From a bacterium (GTDB taxonomy: Bacteria; JAHJDO01): DNA of 64,000 nt. The DNA lies in contig JAUSPT010000024.1 in NCBI GenBank assembly GCA_030652805.1, positions 37,050-101,049 on the forward strand, given 5' to 3'. Position numbers and translations under genes: made by a program. The notes beneath the pieces were generated by a model. The model was not told the origin of the DNA, did no database searches, and worked only from the letters and a program-made list of their open reading frames with translations. Shown here piece after piece: positions 59,188 through 64,000 of this stretch (position 1 is its first letter; every line of letters begins with the position of its first letter).

Positions 59188-59368
59188 AGCAACATTGTTC
59201 TTTAAAAATTAATTATTTTTCAGTTTTGCCTTAAAGAAGCTTTGGCTTCTCACCGCAAAGTGAGGTAGAGCTGTCATATCGCTGTCCTTCGGGATGGCGA
59301 GGGGTGGCAGTCTTTATCGGATTCACTTTGCGGTGGCCGATATAGATGTTTGCGCCCCTTTTTTATTG
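59188..59368 (+). ncRNA. candidate small RNA or structured leader (promoter to U-run)
   Basis: Begins downstream of TTGACA/TACTAT promoter; contains long-range inverted repeat CACCGCAAAGTG...CACTTTGCGGTG, CTTCGG-looped hairpin; ends GCGCCCCTTTTTT at 59357-59368. Confidence 0.3.
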
Positions 59369-59424
59369 GGAAGTGGACTAGAATGAGATATAATGGTTTT
59401 AAGAAAATAAAAATAGGAGATCCA

Positions 59425-59874
59425 ATGAACACAAAAAAAGGCTTTCTAAGATTAACAATTATTTTTTCAATTATTGTATATGCGATAACATTTGGGGTTT
59501 GTTTTATGGACTTTAATAATTATCGTCCTGATTATAGAATGAAAAGTAAATATAAGGCTACTGATAAAGAGACTGGAAAAACAGTTGCTTTTGATTGGGA
59601 AGGAGTAAATCCGCCTACTGAAAGTGATTTAGAGGAGATTTTTGCAAAAGCTAGAAATATATCCTCCCCCAAAACATTTAATCTTGATGTTAAACCTAAA
59701 ATTCTCACCGATGATGATATTAGACGATTTGATGCTAAAGAAAAATATGACAATGCTAAACTTAGCCTCTTATTAACTCCTTTGGCGTTTTTTGCGGGAG
59801 TTTGGAGTCTGTGGATAATCTATTTTATTATTAGAGTTCTATCTGTTTGGGTAATAAGAGGATTTAAAAAATAA
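59425..59874 (+). CDS. small two-helix membrane protein (paralog A)
   Basis: MNTKKGFLRLTIIFSIIVY... N-terminal TM and C-terminal TM; TAGGAG RBS before ATG 59425 (track start 59350 rejected). Confidence 0.55.
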   Translation: MNTKKGFLRLTIIFSIIVYAITFGVCFMDFNNYRPDYRMKSKYKATDKETGKTVAFDWEGVNPPTESDLEEIFAKARNISSPKTFNLDVKPKILTDDDIRRFDAKEKYDNAKLSLLLTPLAFFAGVWSLWIIYFIIRVLSVWVIRGFKK

Positions 59875-59883
59875 AGGAAAAGA

Positions 59884-60273
59884 ATGAATAAGAAAAAGGG
59901 ATTTCTGAGACTTACGCTGGTATTATCGATTATAGTAGGTATCCTATCAGGTGTAATTGGATATATTTCATATGAAGCTATGAATTTAGACCTAAGACCA
60001 TTAGAACTTAAACCAATCAGATTAAGTGATATTCCCGATACATTACCTACGCCAGGTTTTGTGCCCGATAAGCCAACACCAAGCTTTATACCAGATAAAC
60101 CCACATCTGGATTTGTTCCTGATGAAGTAATACCAGAATGGTCAAAAGTTACAGCTGGAATACTATGGCTGATTATAGGTTTTATTTCAGTTTGGACAAT
60201 CTATGGCTTTATAAGATGGTGTATTATTAACCTTACAACATGGATAATTATAGGATTTAAGACAAGTCAATGA
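59884..60273 (+). CDS. small two-helix membrane protein (paralog B) with tandem PDKPT repeats
   Basis: MNKKKGFLRLTLVLSIIVG...; LPTPGFVPDKPTPSFIPDKPTSGFVPDE repeats; C-terminal TM. Confidence 0.55.
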   Translation: MNKKKGFLRLTLVLSIIVGILSGVIGYISYEAMNLDLRPLELKPIRLSDIPDTLPTPGFVPDKPTPSFIPDKPTSGFVPDEVIPEWSKVTAGILWLIIGFISVWTIYGFIRWCIINLTTWIIIGFKTSQ

Positions 60274-60605
60274 AAAAACTTAAAATAATTTTACCAACAA
60301 TCTCTATCATAATGCTTTTATTGGCAATCCCTAAAGGATTATTTCCTTATAGCTATAATCTTCTCCGTTTTGTTGTTTGTGGAACAGGAGTATTCCTTGC
60401 GATAATATCATACAAAAGTAAGGATACTGTATGGACTTGGACAATGGGAATAGTCGCCTTTATTTTTAATCCAATTTTCCCTATACATTTGGGCAAAGAG
60501 ATTTGGGTTGTAATTGATATTGTAGTTGCAATTGTTTTTTCTGTTTATCTTTTTGTAATAAAATCCGGAAAAATAAAAAGGATAAAAAGGGATAGCAACC
60601 TTTAG
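60270..60605 (+). CDS. small polytopic membrane protein
   Basis: Three hydrophobic helices; overlapping start with upstream gene. Confidence 0.45.
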   Translation: MKKLKIILPTISIIMLLLAIPKGLFPYSYNLLRFVVCGTGVFLAIISYKSKDTVWTWTMGIVAFIFNPIFPIHLGKEIWVVIDIVVAIVFSVYLFVIKSGKIKRIKRDSNL

Positions 60606-60720
60606 GAATAAACACTGGATTCTGCGATTAAGCCGCAGAATGACAGGCGAGATTGCCACGTCGCTACGCTTCTCGCAATGACGGACTTGGGTGAATATAT
60701 AGTATAGGAATTTCCATTTT

Positions 60721-60753
60721 CCCTCTCTGTCAAGAGAGGGTCAGGGTGAGTTT
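60721..60753. repeat. second copy of dispersed hairpin repeat (see 23327-23407)
   Basis: CCCTCTCTGTCAAGAGAGGGTCAGGGTGAGTTT immediately before the ATG at 60757. Confidence 0.5.
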
Positions 60754-60756
60754 AAT

Positions 60757-61842
60757 ATGATTGATAGAAGATTGTTGGAAAATTTTGATTTTATTTTATT
60801 CTTTACAACAATTGTATTATGTCTGGTGGGTATAATATTTATCAAAAGCGCTACCAGTACACTGGAAATTGACTACGCAAAAAGGCAGCTTTTATACTTC
60901 TCTATTGGATTAGTCGGGCTGATAATTGCAGTAATGTTCAATTATTCTAAGATAGCTAAGCATACAATACCAGTTTATGCGTTATCTGTGCTGTTATTAA
61001 TAACGGTTCTTCTTATAGGCGAAGGCGTAGGTGGGGCAAAAAGGTGGATTTCTCTTGGTATAGTAAGTTTTCAGCCGTCGGAATTATTTAAAATTACATC
61101 TATCTTAATGATAGCGTATTATTTGGATAAGGTGGGTAAGAGAGTAAGTAATTCTAAAATATTAAGTTACGTTTTTTTAATTGTGGTTTTACCAGTTTTA
61201 CTTATTATTATTCAACCGGATCTTGGCACTGCTCTCTCTCTAATTTTTGTGATCTTTACTGTTGTATTTGTCTCAGGAGGAAGCATTCGGAATATGTTGA
61301 TTGTAATTGGAATAAGTCTTGCTAGTTGTCCGTTTTTATGGGGATTTTTAAGAACGTATCAGAAGAAAAGACTGCTGGTTTTCATGAATCCAGATGTAGA
61401 TCCTTTAGGTGCTGGTTATGCTATAATTCAATCAAAGATAGCTGTTGGAGCCGGTGGATTATTTGGATATGGATGGAAAAGAGGTTACCAGACGCACCTT
61501 AACTTTATACCGGAACATCACACGGATTTTATCTTCTCAACAATAGCCGAGGAATGGGGATTTATAGGATCATGCGTATTGTTGTTACTTTATGCTGTTC
61601 TCCTTTGGCGTATGTTTAGTATAGCAAGCTTGGTAAGAGATAAATTGGGCTTACTTATAATTGTTGGGGTAATTTCTCTTTTTGGGGTACAGGTTTTTAT
61701 CAACATAGGAATGGCAATAGGGATAATGCCCATTACAGGCCTTACACTGCCGTTTTTGAGTTATGGAGGCTCATCCTTAATTGTAAATATGTGTTTAATA
61801 GGGTTAGTGCTTAATATAGGAATGAGGAGGTTTAAAGTTTAG
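60757..61842 (+). CDS. SEDS-family peptidoglycan glycosyltransferase (RodA/FtsW)
   Basis: 10-TM FtsW/RodA/SpoVE pattern (PSEL.K, GD.GSG, GL.LPF.SYGGSS). Confidence 0.85.
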   Translation: MIDRRLLENFDFILFFTTIVLCLVGIIFIKSATSTLEIDYAKRQLLYFSIGLVGLIIAVMFNYSKIAKHTIPVYALSVLLLITVLLIGEGVGGAKRWISLGIVSFQPSELFKITSILMIAYYLDKVGKRVSNSKILSYVFLIVVLPVLLIIIQPDLGTALSLIFVIFTVVFVSGGSIRNMLIVIGISLASCPFLWGFLRTYQKKRLLVFMNPDVDPLGAGYAIIQSKIAVGAGGLFGYGWKRGYQTHLNFIPEHHTDFIFSTIAEEWGFIGSCVLLLLYAVLLWRMFSIASLVRDKLGLLIIVGVISLFGVQVFINIGMAIGIMPITGLTLPFLSYGGSSLIVNMCLIGLVLNIGMRRFKV

Positions 61843-61843
61843 T

Positions 61844-62221
61844 ATGAATGTTATAGGAGTTGGGGTAGATCTAGTTGAGGTAAATAGAATTGAAACTGCT
61901 ATTAGAAGATTTGGAGATAGATTCCTGAAGAAAATATACACAGACATGGAAATAAAATACTGCAATACAGGAAAAGTAGCCTGCCAGCATTTTGCGGGGA
62001 AGTTTGCAGCAAAGGAAGCGGTATACAAAACATTAAATATTGATTGTGTTGTAAAATGGACAGAGATAGAAGTTAAAAATTTAGAACAAGGTCGTCCGTA
62101 TGTAGTTCTTCATGGTAAAGTAAAGAAAATTGCTAAAGAAAAGAATATTTCAAGCATTTTGGTAAGCATTTCTCATATAAAGACCCGCGCAGTAGCTTCT
62201 GCAGTGGCTCTGAGTGTTTAA
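61844..62221 (+). CDS. acpS: holo-[ACP] synthase
   Basis: IGVGVDLVEVNRIE...FAAKEAVYK, 4'-phosphopantetheinyl transferase motifs. Confidence 0.88.
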   Translation: MNVIGVGVDLVEVNRIETAIRRFGDRFLKKIYTDMEIKYCNTGKVACQHFAGKFAAKEAVYKTLNIDCVVKWTEIEVKNLEQGRPYVVLHGKVKKIAKEKNISSILVSISHIKTRAVASAVALSV

Positions 62222-63782
62222 AATATTGGAATTTAAAAATCTCTCCTTGTCTTTTATTTCAGGAATGCTGCTTGCAATTTCCTTTCCCAAAATTGATTTT
62301 GAATATGGTGCATGGATAGCTCTAGTTCCACTATTCCTGATTTTAGTAAATGTTGATTCAAAAAAAGCTTTTACTTTCTCCTATATAACAGGGGTAGTTT
62401 TTTTTGCATCCACAATTTATTGGATATCCTTTGTCAGCACATTAGGCACGGTGTTGCTTGTTCTATATCTTAGCCTTTACATGGCTGTATTTGGGTTTTT
62501 TACGAACTGCCTTTTTAGGAGGCTCAAATTACCGCTGGCGCTTATTGCTCCTCCTGTCTGGGTATTACTCGAATTTGCAAGAGCACATTTTCTTACTGGA
62601 TTTCCCTGGGTTTTGTTAGGCTATTCCCAGTATAAACAGATCACGCTTATTCAGAGCGCATCTTTTATTAGTGTTTATGGAATATCGTGTCTAATTGTTC
62701 TCATTAATGCCTCAATTGCTGATGTATGGTTATTTTTTAAGAATAGAAGTGGAGACTGGAGGTTCTTAATATGTCCAGTATTATCAGTTATTGCTGTTAT
62801 CGTTTTTTTGATTTATGGTAATGCCAGTATAAGGACAGAAAAGAGAGGAGGCGTTGAAGAAGGCATTAAGGTTGGGATTGTTCAGCCGAACATAACGCAT
62901 GAAGAAAAAGCAGAAGATGTTTACAGCTCAAGAGAGAAAGCTCTAAATATTCATCTAAATCTAAGTGAAGAGCTTCTAAAATTTGACCCTGATATCATTA
63001 TTTGGCCTGAAACTGCGCTGACCTATATGGATAATTACGACGAGAAATTGATTACTAAACTCAAAAATTTTGCAAAGCATAATAATTTACATCTTCTGAC
63101 AGGTGTTTGTTATAAGTCGCCCTTAACAAGTAAATTCTATAATAGTGTGTTTCTTTTTGCTCCGAATGGCGCAATACGGGAACGCTATGATAAAATACAT
63201 CTTGTGCCGTTTGGTGAATATATCCCTCTTAAGAAGCTTTTCCCGTTTTTGGGCAAAGTGGTTCCTATAGGAGATTTTGATTGTGGAAAAGAGTACACAG
63301 TATTGAATTTTTTTAGAGAAGGCAAATTAGATTCAGATCAAAAAATTAAGTTTGCTTGTACAATCTGTTTTGAAAATATATTTTCAGACTTTACTCGGCA
63401 ATTTGTAAGAAATGGCGCACAGTTTCTAGTTAATATTACAAATGACAGCTGGTTTGGTAACTCCAAAGCTCCATATCAGCATATGTCAATGTCTGTATTT
63501 AGAGCTGTAGAAAATCGTATACCAGTGATTTTCAATGCAAATACAGGTGTTTCTTGCTTTATTGATAAATACGGAAGAATAAGCAATAGAGTAAACGATG
63601 GCAATGACGATATCTTTATTGCAGGAACTGGTTTTGCTAATGTGTCTTTTAATAATAAGAAAACTTTTTATACAAAGTATGGAAATCTATTCGTGATATT
63701 TAACATAATTTGGCTGGTAATATTGACAGGTATTTATATATTTGTTAGAATCGCCCCTCATCCTAGTCTTTTGCCCACATAG
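62214..63782 (+). CDS. lnt: apolipoprotein N-acyltransferase
   Basis: N-terminal multi-TM then CN-hydrolase domain with catalytic Cys in CTICFENIF and VNITNDSWFG. Confidence 0.85.
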   Translation: MFKILEFKNLSLSFISGMLLAISFPKIDFEYGAWIALVPLFLILVNVDSKKAFTFSYITGVVFFASTIYWISFVSTLGTVLLVLYLSLYMAVFGFFTNCLFRRLKLPLALIAPPVWVLLEFARAHFLTGFPWVLLGYSQYKQITLIQSASFISVYGISCLIVLINASIADVWLFFKNRSGDWRFLICPVLSVIAVIVFLIYGNASIRTEKRGGVEEGIKVGIVQPNITHEEKAEDVYSSREKALNIHLNLSEELLKFDPDIIIWPETALTYMDNYDEKLITKLKNFAKHNNLHLLTGVCYKSPLTSKFYNSVFLFAPNGAIRERYDKIHLVPFGEYIPLKKLFPFLGKVVPIGDFDCGKEYTVLNFFREGKLDSDQKIKFACTICFENIFSDFTRQFVRNGAQFLVNITNDSWFGNSKAPYQHMSMSVFRAVENRIPVIFNANTGVSCFIDKYGRISNRVNDGNDDIFIAGTGFANVSFNNKKTFYTKYGNLFVIFNIIWLVILTGIYIFVRIAPHPSLLPT

Positions 63783-63845
63783 CTCAGTTGGCAGAGCACA
63801 TGCATGGTAAGCATGAGGTCATCGGTTCAATTCCGATTGTGGGCT
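63773..63845 (+). tRNA. tRNA-Thr (anticodon GGT)
   Basis: Acceptor GCCCACA/TGTGGGC, anticodon loop ATGGTAA, T-loop TTCAATT; precedes tuf as in many bacteria. Confidence 0.8.
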
Positions 63846-63895
63846 CTGTCAAAAAAAGGACTTGCAAGAGAAAGAGGATATGATATAATCCGTGA

Positions 63896-64000
<105 letters not shown>

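Noticed and set aside
59230-59370. Possible SRP (4.5S) RNA or 6S RNA
   Set aside because: No match to the conserved SRP domain IV motif (GGAAG...CAGC) and too short for 6S; kept only as a generic candidate sRNA
59350-59424. ORF-track start (MRPFFIGKWTRMRYNG...) for the first small membrane protein
   Set aside because: No RBS, overlaps terminator-like U-tract. A downstream ATG at 59425 has a TAGGAG RBS and matches the paralog's MNKKKGFLRL start

Overview
Bacterial chromosome segment, about 38-40% GC, apparently from an uncultured anaerobic lineage with several archaeal-type genes. Housekeeping and regulatory genes flank an approximately 19-kb gas vesicle (gvp) locus that is the standout of the window. 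The housekeeping genes are queA', fabG-acpP-fabF, an acyl-CoA dehydrogenase with etfB, fhs, an EF-G, a PTS-Ntr module (hpf-ptsN-hprK-tpiA-ptsH-ptsI), metK-ahcY, rodA/ftsW-acpS-lnt, five tRNAs and the start of tuf. The gvp locus (about 25.8-44.7 kb) sits directly downstream of a five-gene two-component cascade (MEDS/PAS kinase, receiver-HisKA, kinase, DUF4339-receiver, NtrC-type sigma54 activator). A textbook -24/-12 sigma54 promoter and two TGTAGA/TCTACA palindromes lie in front of gvpA. The locus encodes canonical GvpA, N, J, G, K, two GvpO-like proteins and four GvpF/L paralogs. It also encodes components I do not know from characterised gvp clusters. These are two tandem-repeat coiled-coil proteins (GvpC analogs?), three DnaJ cysteine-rich zinc-finger proteins, a GvpF/L-J-domain fusion, three Hsp20/GvpH-like proteins (one fused to GRAM/PH-like domains), a GvpA-domain-GRAM-zinc-ribbon fusion, a GvpA-domain-zinc-ribbon protein, an ArsA/Get3-like ATPase, a CDC48/VCP-like double AAA+ ATPase, two winged-helix proteins and an AbrB-like protein. 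A small accessory island (52.9-60.6 kb) carries a UvrD-helicase/PD-(D/E)xK nuclease fusion, a YhcG-like nuclease, a DUF4238 protein, a minimal nucleotidyltransferase, paralogous small membrane proteins and a promoter-to-terminator candidate sRNA. No CRISPR arrays, transposases or rRNA genes were seen. All calls are from reading the sequence; no database searches were possible.
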